Source: Bacillota bacterium (GTDB taxonomy: Bacteria > Bacillota > Halanaerobiia > Halanaerobiales > DATFIM01). From it: 64,000 nucleotides of DNA. Location of the stretch: NCBI GenBank assembly GCA_051744805.1, contig JBNJDK010000003.1, forward strand, positions 348-64,347. Reading direction: 5' to 3'. Of this stretch, positions 30,092 through 39,718 are shown piece after piece. The position numbers and the translations under genes are program-made. The notes under the pieces are model-generated. The model had not been told where the DNA came from. It saw nothing but the letters and a program-made list of their open reading frames with translations, and did not search any database. Within the stretch, counting starts at the first letter, position 1. Each line of letters starts with the position of its first letter.

Positions 30092-31013
30092 TTATCTCCC
30101 TCCCTGCTAATAGATAAAGTAGAGCCATTCTAACTGCAACTCCATTTGTAACCTGTTCAGTAATAACTGATTGTTTACTATCTGCTACTGCACTTTCAAT
30201 TTCTATTCCTCTATTCATTGGGCCAGGATGCATAATTAAAACATCATCAGAGAGATTATTCAATCTTTCTTTATTCATTCCATAAAATTTACGATATTCT
30301 CCTATTGATGGAAAAAGTCCACTTTCCTGTCGTTCAAGTTGAATTCTTAAAATATTAACCACATCCACACCTTCTAGAGCATCATCTAAATTTTTATATA
30401 CTTTTACCCCCATTTTTTCAATTTCTCTTGGTATTAAAGTTGCTGGACCAGTAACTCTCACTTCAGCTCCAAGCGCATTTAATCCCTGGATATTGGATCT
30501 TGCAACTCTACTGTGGGCGATATCTCCAATTATAAGTACTTTCATGTTTTCAAAATTTCCTTTGTAAGATTTCATTGTGTAAAGGTCCAATAAACCCTGA
30601 GTAGGGTGGGCATGTGCCCCATCACCAGCATTTAAAACACTTGCTTCTACATTATCAGCCAGAAAAGCTGCAGCTCCAGGAGCACTATGTCTTATTACTA
30701 CTACATCTGCCCCCATAACTTCCATTGTTTTGGCTGTATCCAGTAAAGACTCTCCTTTTGCTACACTACTTGTTGATTTCGAAATACTCATTACATCTGC
30801 ACTTAATCTTTTTGCTGCCAGATCAAAAGATGATTTTGTTCTAGTGCTTGGTTCAAAAAAGAGGTTTACTATTGTTTTTCCTCTTAATGTAGGAACTTTT
30901 TTAACTGTTCTCGTAAAAATTTCTTTCATTGACTCAGCTGTTGTTAAAATTTGATTTATATCTTCACTTTCAACATTATACAATCCTAAAAAATCTTTTT
31001 GTTTTAAAGCCAT
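30072..31013 (-). CDS. pyrB: Aspartate carbamoyltransferase catalytic subunit
   Basis: Has STRTKSSF, HPTQ and HPGPMNRG motifs. Confidence 0.95.
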   Translation of the reverse strand: MALKQKDFLGLYNVESEDINQILTTAESMKEIFTRTVKKVPTLRGKTIVNLFFEPSTRTKSSFDLAAKRLSADVMSISKSTSSVAKGESLLDTAKTMEVMGADVVVIRHSAPGAAAFLADNVEASVLNAGDGAHAHPTQGLLDLYTMKSYKGNFENMKVLIIGDIAHSRVARSNIQGLNALGAEVRVTGPATLIPREIEKMGVKVYKNLDDALEGVDVVNILRIQLERQESGLFPSIGEYRKFYGMNKERLNNLSDDVLIMHPGPMNRGIEIESAVADSKQSVITEQVTNGVAVRMALLYLLAGREINDENLN

Positions 31014-31076
31014 TTTTTACCTCCTATTTTTCTTTTCATTATCTTAATCATTTTTATTAACCTTTATTTTTTACTA

Positions 31077-32372
31077 CTAAGCAGTTACTTTCTTTTCTTT
31101 TGCAACAACTTTTTCTTCAAAATTATCTTTATTTTCGTCTGAATTTATATCTTCTGGTAAAATCAGATTCAAAATAATCCCCACTAATGCAGCCAGTCCC
31201 ATTCCAGCAAATTCTACTCCACCAAAACTTAGAGTTAGATTACTAATTCCTATAACAAGTGTTACTGAAATAATAACTAAATTTCTATTATTCGATAAAT
31301 TTACATTGTTTTCAATAAGAGTTCTTAGACCTATTGAAGCTATCATTCCGAAAAGTAAAAACACTATACCTCCCATTACAGCATTAGGAATTGTATGGAC
31401 AAGCATTCCAAGTTTTTGAACAAAACTGCTTAAGAAAACTATTACGGCTGTAATTTCTATTATTAAGGGATTATATACTTTGGTTATAGCTAAAACTCCT
31501 ATATTCTCTCCATAAGTAGTATTAGGTGGTCCTCCAAAAATACCTGCAACTGCTGTTGCAATTCCATCCCCTAATAAAGTTCTATGAAGACCAGGATTTT
31601 CTATATAATCTTTATCTACTGTTGTACCTAAGGCAACAACATCCCCTAAATGTTCTACCATTGTTACAAGTGCTATTGGAGCTATTAAGCTCAAAGCTTT
31701 TAAATTTCCTGCAATCTGTGGAAAAGTAAAATCTGGGAAAGCAAGCCAGGAGGCATTTGCTACAGGACTAAAATCAATTATTCCTAAAACCGCTGCAAAT
31801 GTGTATCCGCCAATAATCCCCATTAAAATTGGAATAACTTTAAAAATACCCTTTGCTAAAACACTAAAACCTATGGCTATTGCCAGAGTTACTGCTGCAA
31901 CTAATAAATGTTCTGATGCCATATCCTTTGCAGTTGGAGCCAGACCGAGACCGATAGTAATAATTACTGGCCCAACAACAACAGGAGGTAATAGTTTTCT
32001 GAAAAACTCTGTTCCTATCAACTTTATCAACAATGACATTATACTATAAATTATTCCTACTGTTATTACTCCTAGAAGAGCTCCCTCTGTACCAAATTGT
32101 GATTTAGCTGCTATAATTGGTGCTATAAATGCAAATGATGAGCCGAGATAAGCAGGTACTTTAGCTCCTGTAATCAAATGAAATATTATGGTTCCTAAAG
32201 CTGATGTGAAAAGTGCAACTGAGGGATTAAGACCTGTCAGTGAAGGTACCAAAATCGTTGCCCCAAACATAGCGAACATATGCTGAAAAGCCATCATCAA
32301 AACTTTTGAAGAAGTCATATTATTTTCCTTTAAGTCCTGAATGTTTTCTGAAAATTGTTTTTTAATATTCAT
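31077..32372 (-). CDS. pyrP: Uracil permease (NCS2 family)
   Basis: A polytopic NCS2 transporter sitting between pyrR and pyrB, as in Bacillus. I set the start at the ATG at 32372 behind AGGAGAG. The longer track ORF runs into the attenuator terminator. Confidence 0.88.
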   Translation of the reverse strand: MNIKKQFSENIQDLKENNMTSSKVLMMAFQHMFAMFGATILVPSLTGLNPSVALFTSALGTIIFHLITGAKVPAYLGSSFAFIAPIIAAKSQFGTEGALLGVITVGIIYSIMSLLIKLIGTEFFRKLLPPVVVGPVIITIGLGLAPTAKDMASEHLLVAAVTLAIAIGFSVLAKGIFKVIPILMGIIGGYTFAAVLGIIDFSPVANASWLAFPDFTFPQIAGNLKALSLIAPIALVTMVEHLGDVVALGTTVDKDYIENPGLHRTLLGDGIATAVAGIFGGPPNTTYGENIGVLAITKVYNPLIIEITAVIVFLSSFVQKLGMLVHTIPNAVMGGIVFLLFGMIASIGLRTLIENNVNLSNNRNLVIISVTLVIGISNLTLSFGGVEFAGMGLAALVGIILNLILPEDINSDENKDNFEEKVVAKEKKVTA

Positions 32373-32396
32373 TTTATCTCTCCTTTTTTTTGATAT

Positions 32397-32497
32397 AAAA
32401 AAAACCTTCTCATCAGTCAAAACTGATAAGAAGGCTAAAATAATCTTCTATACCTATAGTAAAGGTTTAAAAGGCCCCTTTCCAGTCTCACTGAACT
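32397..32497 (-). promoter_or_regulatory. PyrR-dependent transcription attenuator 2 (pyrR-pyrP intergenic)
   Basis: The minus strand has a PyrR-box-like AGUUCAGUGAGACU (32497-32484) followed by GGAAAGGGG. The terminator is CCUUCUUAUCAG-UUUUGA-CUGAUGAGAAGG plus U8 (32434-32397). Confidence 0.8.
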
Positions 32498-32545
32498 GTA
32501 AATTAAAGGGTGAAACTATTTTACTTTAATCTGTCCTCTTTTAAT

Positions 32546-33100
32546 TTATTCTCTTTCCAATAATAAAACATTATCTTCTCCATCTATTCCTTCAAAATTA
32601 ACGCTTACAACTTCACTCTGAGAAGTAGGTAAGTTTTTACCAACATAATCCGGTCTTATTGGTAATTCTCTATGTCCTCTATCAACTAAAATTGCTAATT
32701 GAATAGCTTTGGGTCTACCTAGATCTATTAATGCATCAAGTGCAGCCCTAACTGTTCTCCCTGTATATAAAACATCATCAACTAATACCACTTTTTTATC
32801 AGTAATATCAAAAGATATTTCAGTTTGGTGTATAATTGGCTGATTGGAAACCTGTGATAAATCATCTCGGTATAAAGTTATATCTAAAATTCCAGTTGGT
32901 ACATCTACACCTTCAAATTCACTAATTCTTTCTGCTATTCTTTCTGCCATTGGTACTCCTCTGGAACGAATTCCAATTATTACTAAATCTTCAGTACCTT
33001 CATTTTTTTCAATTATTTCATGAGAAATTCTTGTTAAAGCTCTTCTGATACCATCTTTATCAATTATCTCTTTTTTAACTTTCATATCTTTTTCTTCCAT
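32546..33100 (-). CDS. pyrR: Bifunctional pyr mRNA-binding attenuation protein / uracil phosphoribosyltransferase PyrR
   Basis: Has the [18 protein letters not shown] PRTase motif. It is the first gene of the pyr operon. I set the start at the ATG at 33100, 7 nt after AAGGGGGAA. Confidence 0.93.
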   Translation of the reverse strand: MEEKDMKVKKEIIDKDGIRRALTRISHEIIEKNEGTEDLVIIGIRSRGVPMAERIAERISEFEGVDVPTGILDITLYRDDLSQVSNQPIIHQTEISFDITDKKVVLVDDVLYTGRTVRAALDALIDLGRPKAIQLAILVDRGHRELPIRPDYVGKNLPTSQSEVVSVNFEGIDGEDNVLLLERE

Positions 33101-33141
33101 AATAATTCCCCCTTCAATTTTTAAATACAATATTAGACATT

Positions 33142-33213
33142 AAAAAAACCTTCCCCCGGTCAGGTAGAAGGTTAACTACATAATATTATTTCCCTTACTA
33201 GTCTCACCGGACT
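33142..33213 (-). promoter_or_regulatory. PyrR-dependent transcription attenuator 1 (pyr leader)
   Basis: The minus strand has a PyrR-box-like AGUCCGGUGAGACU (33213-33200) followed by AGUAAGGG. The terminator is CCUUCUACC...GGGGGAAGG plus U7 (33171-33142). Confidence 0.75.
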
Positions 33214-33247
33214 AATTTAAAGCGGTATTTTTATTTTTACTACCTAA

Positions 33248-33276
33248 ACTTTATCACAACTTTTATAATGTGTCAA
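33248..33276 (-). promoter_or_regulatory. pyr operon promoter candidate
   Basis: The minus strand reads TTGACA (33276-33271), a 17-nt spacer, then TAAAGT (33253-33248) with TGa directly upstream (extended -10). Confidence 0.55.
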
Positions 33277-33286
33277 GGTCAAATCA

Positions 33287-34000
33287 CTACATAATCTGAC
33301 AATCTATAAAATTAATTTCTTTTTTAATCTCTTGCAATTTTTGATCACTAACTGCAAAAACATCTTTAAACCTATCTTCATCTTGAGTTTCTAATAAAAT
33401 TTTATTAGGTCTTATTTTTTTTATGATTTTTTTTAGGATTTTGATTTTATCAGGTGTATCATTATAGTCTTTCAAGATATTTACAGCTAACGTGAATTTA
33501 CCCTCATATTTTTTACTGAATTCAGTCATATTATTAATATATTTTTCTAATGTATAGTTTGCTATAGGTCTCTGCAATTTTTGAAATTCACTTTCTGTAA
33601 CAGCTACTAATTCTCCTATTACCTCTTCAAATTCTTTAAGAATAGTAAAATATTCTGGTTGGTTAAAAATATAACCATTTGATAAAATTTTAATATCAAC
33701 TTTAAAACTTTTTATTATTTCTATTATATGAGGTAATTCTGTATTATATAAAGCCTCACCTTCAGGATTAATATAAACTTTATCAATTTCATTTTCAGTA
33801 AGAAATTTTTTTAATCTTTTTATAAAATTTTCAGTGCCAGAAAAATAATGTCTTTTTTTAGTTTTAATTTTTGTTTTACCAAAAGGACAAAAGACACAAT
33901 CAAAATTACAGCAATTTTTAGGTAATGGATTAATATCAATTACTTTAGCTTGATCTTTATCTAAATAAATATCACTTATAGAAAATGCTTCCATATCCAA
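33287..34000 (-). CDS. Small radical SAM domain protein, function unknown
   Basis: Has a CNFDCVFC (CxxxCxxC) cluster near the N-terminus. It is 237 aa, and I see no recognisable SPASM or other auxiliary-cluster motif. Confidence 0.7.
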   Translation of the reverse strand: MDMEAFSISDIYLDKDQAKVIDINPLPKNCCNFDCVFCPFGKTKIKTKKRHYFSGTENFIKRLKKFLTENEIDKVYINPEGEALYNTELPHIIEIIKSFKVDIKILSNGYIFNQPEYFTILKEFEEVIGELVAVTESEFQKLQRPIANYTLEKYINNMTEFSKKYEGKFTLAVNILKDYNDTPDKIKILKKIIKKIRPNKILLETQDEDRFKDVFAVSDQKLQEIKKEINFIDCQIM

Positions 34001-34047
34001 CCCTCTCTCTCTTAAAATATAATTAATTATAAAAATTCGTTTATTTT

Positions 34048-34971
34048 TTATTGAAATAATTCAGAAAGTATTTTTGTAAAATCAGCTGGTAATTCTGCTT
34101 TAAATTCCATCCAATTATTTTTAATAGGATGATAAAAACTTAAACTATAAGAATGTAATAGTTGTCTTTCCACTTTAAGATTTGATTTTATATTTTCATT
34201 ATTATTACCATATTTAAAATCACCTAAAATAGGATAACCTAAATAAGATAAATGAACTCTTATTTGATGGGTTCTACCTGTTTCTAATTTTAATTTTAAA
34301 TAAGAATAATTTGAATTTTTTGCTATTACTTCAAAATGAGTTATTGCTTTTTTGCTATTTTTTTTGGTTACAGCCATTTTAGTCCTATTATTATCATCTC
34401 TGCCTATTGGAGCAACTATTTTCCCGTCCTTATATTTAAACTCTCCAATAACAATTGCCTTATAAATTTTTTCAGTGTTTCTATTTTTAAATTGTTTAAT
34501 CAAATTTCTATGACTTTTATCATCTTTAGCTACTACAATTGCTCCAGATGTGTTCTTATCAAGTCTATGAACTATTCCTGGTCTTTTTACTCCCCCAATA
34601 CCAGAAAGGTCATTAGTATAATCTAAAAGAGCATTAACTAAAGTTTTCTTTTTCTCGTGAGGGCTTGGATGGACTAATAAGCCAGCCGGTTTATTAATTA
34701 CTATAATATTTTTGTCTTCATATATTATAGTAAGATCAAGTTCATATGGTTCTAGATCTAATTCTTCACTTTCTTTTTCATATACTTCAACACTATCTCC
34801 CTTTTTTAATTTATAGCTTTTTTTAATAGATTTATTATTTATTTTAACATATTCTTCATTAATTAATTTTTGAATATATGACCTAGAGAAATCTTTATGT
34901 TTTTTTGCCAAAAATTTGTCTATTCGCAAACCACTTAATTCAGAATTTATTTTATAAATTTCATCTACCAT
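34048..34971 (-). CDS. rluD: 23S rRNA pseudouridine synthase, RluD subfamily
   Basis: Has an S4 N-terminal domain (RIDKFLA), the catalytic HRLDKNTSG and GRTHQIRVH. Confidence 0.92.
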   Translation of the reverse strand: MVDEIYKINSELSGLRIDKFLAKKHKDFSRSYIQKLINEEYVKINNKSIKKSYKLKKGDSVEVYEKESEELDLEPYELDLTIIYEDKNIIVINKPAGLLVHPSPHEKKKTLVNALLDYTNDLSGIGGVKRPGIVHRLDKNTSGAIVVAKDDKSHRNLIKQFKNRNTEKIYKAIVIGEFKYKDGKIVAPIGRDDNNRTKMAVTKKNSKKAITHFEVIAKNSNYSYLKLKLETGRTHQIRVHLSYLGYPILGDFKYGNNNENIKSNLKVERQLLHSYSLSFYHPIKNNWMEFKAELPADFTKILSELFQ

Positions 34972-34976
34972 AATAA

Positions 34977-35429
34977 TTACTCCTTATTATTTTCAAACTT
35001 AAAATCAGTAAATATTATATAAATTATTAAGATTCCAGCCCCAACAACAATTGCAGAATCAGCAAGATTAAAAACTGGCCATATTCTAAAATCTAAATAA
35101 TCTACAACATAATTTAATCTTATCCTATCTATTAAGTTTCCGATAGCCCCTCCAATTATTAATCCAAAAGTTATATTTATATATATATTATTTTCAAAAT
35201 AGTAATAACGATAAAATAATAAAAACAATATAATTAAACTACTAATAATTATAAAAAAAATATTAGCATTTTTGAAAATACCAAATGCTGCTCCTGTATT
35301 TTTTACATAAGTTAAATGAAATATACCTTTAATTATTGCCAAACTCTGACCATGACTAAAATTATTTAAAATATATATTTTTATCAATTGATCAGCAAAA
35401 ATTATAAACAAAATTAAAAAATATAGCAA
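34977..35429 (-). CDS. lspA: Lipoprotein signal peptidase II
   Basis: Contains NTGAAFG, GGAIGNLIDR and FNLADS. It uses a TTG start 8 nt after GAGAGGAG. Confidence 0.92.
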   Translation of the reverse strand: MLYFLILFIIFADQLIKIYILNNFSHGQSLAIIKGIFHLTYVKNTGAAFGIFKNANIFFIIISSLIILFLLFYRYYYFENNIYINITFGLIIGGAIGNLIDRIRLNYVVDYLDFRIWPVFNLADSAIVVGAGILIIYIIFTDFKFENNKE

Positions 35430-35489
35430 TCTATAAACTCCTCTCTTATAATAACATAATGAATAAATTTAGACAAATTAGTTGTTTTA

Positions 35490-35774
35490 TCAAAGATACA
35501 TTTCTACAATTTTAATAATTCTGGCTATAAACTGACCTATTACTGGTAAATTTAGTTGACCTAATTTAAATAAAATAATCAAAAACAAAGCTCCTAAAAC
35601 AGTAGCTCCTACAGCTATACCTAAACCTCTAGCTAATCCAGCTAAAAAATTAACCCAGATCATTCTTTTAGGTGACTTAAGCATTTCAGTATATTCAGCT
35701 AAAGTTATTCCCTGGATTTTTTCATTCAATTTATCTAACTTTTTTAAAATTTTACTTTCAGTTTCCTTGTCCAT
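35490..35774 (-). CDS. Small membrane protein (DUF5665-like)
   Basis: 94 aa. An N-terminal amphipathic region is followed by NFLAGLARGLGIAVGATVLGALFLIIL. The family assignment is from memory and is only tentative. Confidence 0.55.
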   Translation of the reverse strand: MDKETESKILKKLDKLNEKIQGITLAEYTEMLKSPKRMIWVNFLAGLARGLGIAVGATVLGALFLIILFKLGQLNLPVIGQFIARIIKIVEMYL

Positions 35775-35791
35775 ACTTAACCTCCTTAAAA

Positions 35792-36457
35792 TTACAGCTT
35801 AACATCAAAGTTTTTTAATCTTTCTTTTGATAATAGAGAAAAATTATCTATAATAAGATCAGCTATAGAAAGATCCTGATTTCCTGAATTTTCATTTGAA
35901 AATCCAATACAATTCATTCCTGCATTTTTAGCTGCTTTAACGCCGTTATGTGAATCTTCTATTACTACAATATTTTCTGGTTTAATATTTAATTCCTCTG
36001 ATATTTTCAAAAATAGATCAGGAGCAGGTTTTCCATCATCTACATTTTCTCCACTTCTAATAATTTTGAAATAATCTTTTATATTAAAGTTATTTATGAC
36101 CTTATTTATTAATTTTTTTGGTGACGAAGAACCTAAGGCCAGGTTTATATTACTATTTTTCAAGTCATCCAATAATTCTTTTACATTATCCATTAACTCC
36201 AGTTCTCCATTAATTACATGTTCTAAATTCTTTTGTTGCTGTAAACTAGCTAAATCACTTGCCTTTTTATCTAAATTATGCTTTTTTACTATTTCCTCCC
36301 ACATTTCATGATTTGAAGTTCCTATATAACTATTATATTCTTTTTCACTAACAACAATATTTAATTCAGAAAAAATTTCTTTATTTACTTCATAATGTAA
36401 AGGCTCACTATCTATTATTACCCCATCCATATCAAAAATTACTGCTTTAATAATAAT
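35792..36457 (-). CDS. HAD-superfamily hydrolase (beta-phosphoglucomutase / phosphatase-like). I extended it upstream to one of three tandem ATT codons.
   Basis: The track ORF starts at the M inside the HAD motif I, FDMDGV. The in-frame upstream codons read (D)IIIKAVIFD-MDGVIIDSEP. Motif IV EDSHNGVKAAKNAG is present. AAGGAAG lies 5, 8 and 11 nt before the ATT codons at 36457, 36454 and 36451. Confidence 0.75.
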   Translation of the reverse strand: MIIKAVIFDMDGVIIDSEPLHYEVNKEIFSELNIVVSEKEYNSYIGTSNHEMWEEIVKKHNLDKKASDLASLQQQKNLEHVINGELELMDNVKELLDDLKNSNINLALGSSSPKKLINKVINNFNIKDYFKIIRSGENVDDGKPAPDLFLKISEELNIKPENIVVIEDSHNGVKAAKNAGMNCIGFSNENSGNQDLSIADLIIDNFSLLSKERLKNFDVKL

Positions 36458-36491
36458 ATCAACTTCCTTTCTATATTGTATTCTTTTTTAT

Positions 36492-36500
36492 ATTATAACA
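36492..36500 (-). promoter_or_regulatory. Extended -10 promoter element for the HAD gene
   Basis: The minus strand reads TGTTATAAT directly downstream of the ileS terminator, about 35 nt before the HAD SD. Confidence 0.5.
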
Positions 36501-36511
36501 AAATAATTTCT

Positions 36512-36545
36512 AAAAGAAAAAGGGTTACCTGATTAAGGCAACCCT
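36512..36545 (-). terminator. Rho-independent terminator after ileS
   Basis: The minus strand reads AGGGUUGCC-UUAAUCA-GGUAACCCU, followed by UUUUCUUUU. Confidence 0.8.
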
Positions 36546-36586
36546 TATATAAATTAAATATTTATTTTAAAGTAATTTGAATTTAT

Positions 36587-39382
36587 TTACTCCTGTTCAT
36601 GTAAAACAGTAGCACATCTTTCACAAACATCATCATATTTATCATCATCACCAACAGTGGTACTATATTTCCAGCATCTGTCACATTTTTCACCATCTGC
36701 ATCTTTTACTAACACTCTAATTTCAGTTTCACTTCCAATATGACAATCATCATCTATTACATCAACTAATTCAACCTGAGATACTATGAATAAATCTGCA
36801 AGTTGTTCAAAATTATCTTTTAAAAATTTATATTGTCCTTCATCTCTTGCTTTTAAAATTACTTTAGCTTCAAGTGAATTTCCAATATCTTTATTTTCTC
36901 TGGCTAACTCAAGAGCTTTAGAAACATCTTTTCTAATAGAAAGTAATTGCTCCCAGCGTTCCATTAGTAAATCATCACTAATATTTTCACTAAATTGAGG
37001 CCAGTCTGTTAAAAATACACTTTCATTTTTTTCTTTTTCTTCTTCTAAATATCCCCATACTTCTTCAGAAGTATGCACTAAAACCGGGGATACAAGTTTT
37101 ACTAAAGTTATAATCATATCATAAAGTGTACTCTGGGCTGCTTTTCTACTTAGAGAATCAGTACCATCTGTGTAGAGGCGATCTTTTATTACATCTGCAT
37201 ACAGTGAACTCATTTCAACTGTACAGAAATTATGGATATCATGATATACTCTATGATATTCATATTCTTTATATGCCTCAGTTGCATTTTCAGTTAATTC
37301 TTTTAACCTTATCATAATCCAGCGATCTAATTCATATCTTTCCTCAAATGGTACATAATCTTCTTCTTTAGAAAAGTCTCCGATATTTCCAAGAATAAAC
37401 CTAAATGTATTTCTAATTCTTCTATACACTTCAGAATTTTGTTTTATTATTTTATCAGATACACTTACATCATTTTTGAAATCTGATGAAGCGACCCATA
37501 ATCTTAAAATATCAGCTCCATACTGATCAATAACTTCATGTGGTGAAACAACATTACCAACTGATTTTGACATTTTATTTCCCTTTTTGTCAACAATAAA
37601 CCCATTAGTTACTACTGACTCATAAGGCGCTTTTCCTTCTGTAGCCACACCAGTCAACAATGATGAATTAAACCATCCACGATATTGATCTGTACCTTCC
37701 AGATATAATTGAGCTGGCCATTCTAGATTATCTCTAGTTTCTAAAACTGCTTTATGACTTGAACCAGAATCAAACCAGACATCCATTATATCTTCTTCTT
37801 TACTGAAGTGTTCTCCTCCACAATGGGGACATTTATAGCCTTCAGGAAGAATTTCAGAAGCCTCATTCTCATACCAGGCACCAGAGCCTTTTTCAGCAAA
37901 TAATCCTTTTACAGCAGTTAAAGTTTCATCATTAATAATTGCTTCTCCACAATCATCACAATAAAAGATTGGAATAGGAACTCCCCACTTTTTCTGACGG
38001 GAAATACACCAATCTGTTCTATCTGCTACCATATTAGCCATTCGTTTTTCGCCCCATTCAGGATACCAATCAACATTATGAATTTCATCTAACACATTTT
38101 CTTTTATAGCATCTATAGAAGCAAACCATTGATCAGTAGCTCTGAAGATAAGTCCACCTTTACATCTCCAACAATGAGGATAACGATGGTCTATAAAATC
38201 AAGATTTAAAAGAAGATCTTTTTCTTTTAAAAGGTCAGTTACTTTTATATTAGCATCATCATAATACATACCTTCAAAATAGCCAGTTTCTTCCTCTTCT
38301 GTAAAATAACCTTTATTATCCATAGGTGCATAAACTTCTAGATCATTTTCTCTACCAACTACAAAATCATCATGTCCATGTCCAGGTGCCGTATGAACAC
38401 ATCCAGTACCCTGTTCAAGTGTAGCATGTTCTCCTAAAATAATATCTGAATCTCTATCTGCTATTGGATGTAAAGCCTTTTTTCCATCCATTTCAGAACC
38501 TTTAAAAGGTTTTCCTATCTTTGTATATTCATTTATTCCTACTTCTTCCATAACTTCTTCAATTAATTCTTCAGCTAATACCATTTTCTCACCGTTAACT
38601 TCAACTACTCTATAATCAAGATCAGGATTAACAGTAATTGCAAGGTTTGCCGGTATAGTCCAGGGAGTAGTAGTCCAGATTAAAATATAACTATTTTCTG
38701 GGTTTAATTCTACTTCACCTAATTCCATTTTTTTCTTAACAGGAAATTTAACATAAATTGATGGAGATCTCACATCTTTATATTCAACTTCTGCCTCAGC
38801 AAGTGCTGTCTGACAGTTTGGACACCAATGAACTGGCTTTTGTCCTTTATAAAAAAGATCTTTTTTGGCCATTTCACCAAAAACTTCAATTTGTTTTACT
38901 TCATATTCTTTATTAAGAGTTATATAAGGATTTTCCCATTCTCCCCATACTCCTAATCTTTTAAATTGTTCACGTTGACGGTCAATATATTTTAAAGCAT
39001 AATCTTCACATTTTTGTCTTAATTCTTTAACAGATAAATCTTTTGCTTCATCTCCCATTTCTTTTGTAACTTTATGTTCTATTGGTAGACCATGTGTATC
39101 CCAACCTGGAACATAAGGAGAATAATATCCTTTCATTGTTTTATAACGAGTAACAATATCCTTTAAAATTTTGTTTAAAGCATGTCCAATGTGAATATCA
39201 CCATTTGCATATGGAGGACCATCATGTAAAATAAATGGTTCATTACCCTCTCTTTGTTTTATAGCTTTTTCATAAATATTGTTTTCATTCCAGTATTCCT
39301 GAAAATCATTTTCTCTTTCACTCAAATTAGCTCTCATTGGAAAATCTGAATCTGGTAAATTAATACTTTCTTTATAACCCAT
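36587..39382 (-). CDS. ileS: Isoleucine--tRNA ligase
   Basis: Has the HIGH motif ([11 protein letters not shown]), KMSKS, a CP1 editing domain and C-terminal zinc-binding Cys pairs. It is 931 aa. Confidence 0.97.
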   Translation of the reverse strand: MGYKESINLPDSDFPMRANLSERENDFQEYWNENNIYEKAIKQREGNEPFILHDGPPYANGDIHIGHALNKILKDIVTRYKTMKGYYSPYVPGWDTHGLPIEHKVTKEMGDEAKDLSVKELRQKCEDYALKYIDRQREQFKRLGVWGEWENPYITLNKEYEVKQIEVFGEMAKKDLFYKGQKPVHWCPNCQTALAEAEVEYKDVRSPSIYVKFPVKKKMELGEVELNPENSYILIWTTTPWTIPANLAITVNPDLDYRVVEVNGEKMVLAEELIEEVMEEVGINEYTKIGKPFKGSEMDGKKALHPIADRDSDIILGEHATLEQGTGCVHTAPGHGHDDFVVGRENDLEVYAPMDNKGYFTEEEETGYFEGMYYDDANIKVTDLLKEKDLLLNLDFIDHRYPHCWRCKGGLIFRATDQWFASIDAIKENVLDEIHNVDWYPEWGEKRMANMVADRTDWCISRQKKWGVPIPIFYCDDCGEAIINDETLTAVKGLFAEKGSGAWYENEASEILPEGYKCPHCGGEHFSKEEDIMDVWFDSGSSHKAVLETRDNLEWPAQLYLEGTDQYRGWFNSSLLTGVATEGKAPYESVVTNGFIVDKKGNKMSKSVGNVVSPHEVIDQYGADILRLWVASSDFKNDVSVSDKIIKQNSEVYRRIRNTFRFILGNIGDFSKEEDYVPFEERYELDRWIMIRLKELTENATEAYKEYEYHRVYHDIHNFCTVEMSSLYADVIKDRLYTDGTDSLSRKAAQSTLYDMIITLVKLVSPVLVHTSEEVWGYLEEEKEKNESVFLTDWPQFSENISDDLLMERWEQLLSIRKDVSKALELARENKDIGNSLEAKVILKARDEGQYKFLKDNFEQLADLFIVSQVELVDVIDDDCHIGSETEIRVLVKDADGEKCDRCWKYSTTVGDDDKYDDVCERCATVLHEQE

Positions 39383-39424
39383 CTTTAAAATTCCTCCTTG
39401 TATTTTTAAATAATAATTTCAAAT

Positions 39425-39683
39425 AAAAAAACGGCCTATCTCCCAAAAGAAGGGACGAATAGGACCGCGTTACCACCCTGATTAATAACAGTTATACAAC
39501 TTGTTATCCACTCTAATCTTTAACGCAGATTAACGGGGAGAATTACTATTATTTCATTCCACCAACTCCTGAGTGATCTTCATATATAAATAGCTGCTGG
39601 TTCTCAGCTCTACCAGCTCTCTGTATGCTAATTTATATATTACTCTCTCAATCAAAGTTATTAATTCTTTTTATAAAATTGTT
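39425..39683 (-). promoter_or_regulatory. T-box riboswitch leader (Ile specifier AUC) controlling ileS
   Basis: The minus strand has an AGAGAG/GUA GA-motif, an AG bulge CAGAGAGC and a specifier loop GAAG-AUC-A (AUC at 39577-39575). The T-box sequence AAUCAGGGUGGUAACGCGG lies at 39483-39465 and overlaps the 5' arm of the terminator (39466-39425), which ends in U7. Confidence 0.9.
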
Positions 39684-39689
39684 TTTTTT

Positions 39690-39718
39690 ATTATATCCTA
39701 AATAATTTTTTTAGTCAA
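39690..39718 (-). promoter_or_regulatory. ileS promoter
   Basis: The minus strand reads TTGACT (39718-39713, overlapping the divIVA stop), a 17-nt spacer, then TATAAT (39695-39690). Confidence 0.7.

Noticed and set aside
31014-31076. I looked for a third PyrR attenuator between pyrP and pyrB, as in B. subtilis.
   Set aside because: The 63-nt spacer contains only an SD and no hairpin or PyrR box.
32341-32529. A 62-aa plus-strand ORF in the pyrR-pyrP intergenic region.
   Set aside because: The region is fully explained by the PyrR attenuator (binding loop plus terminator) on the minus strand.
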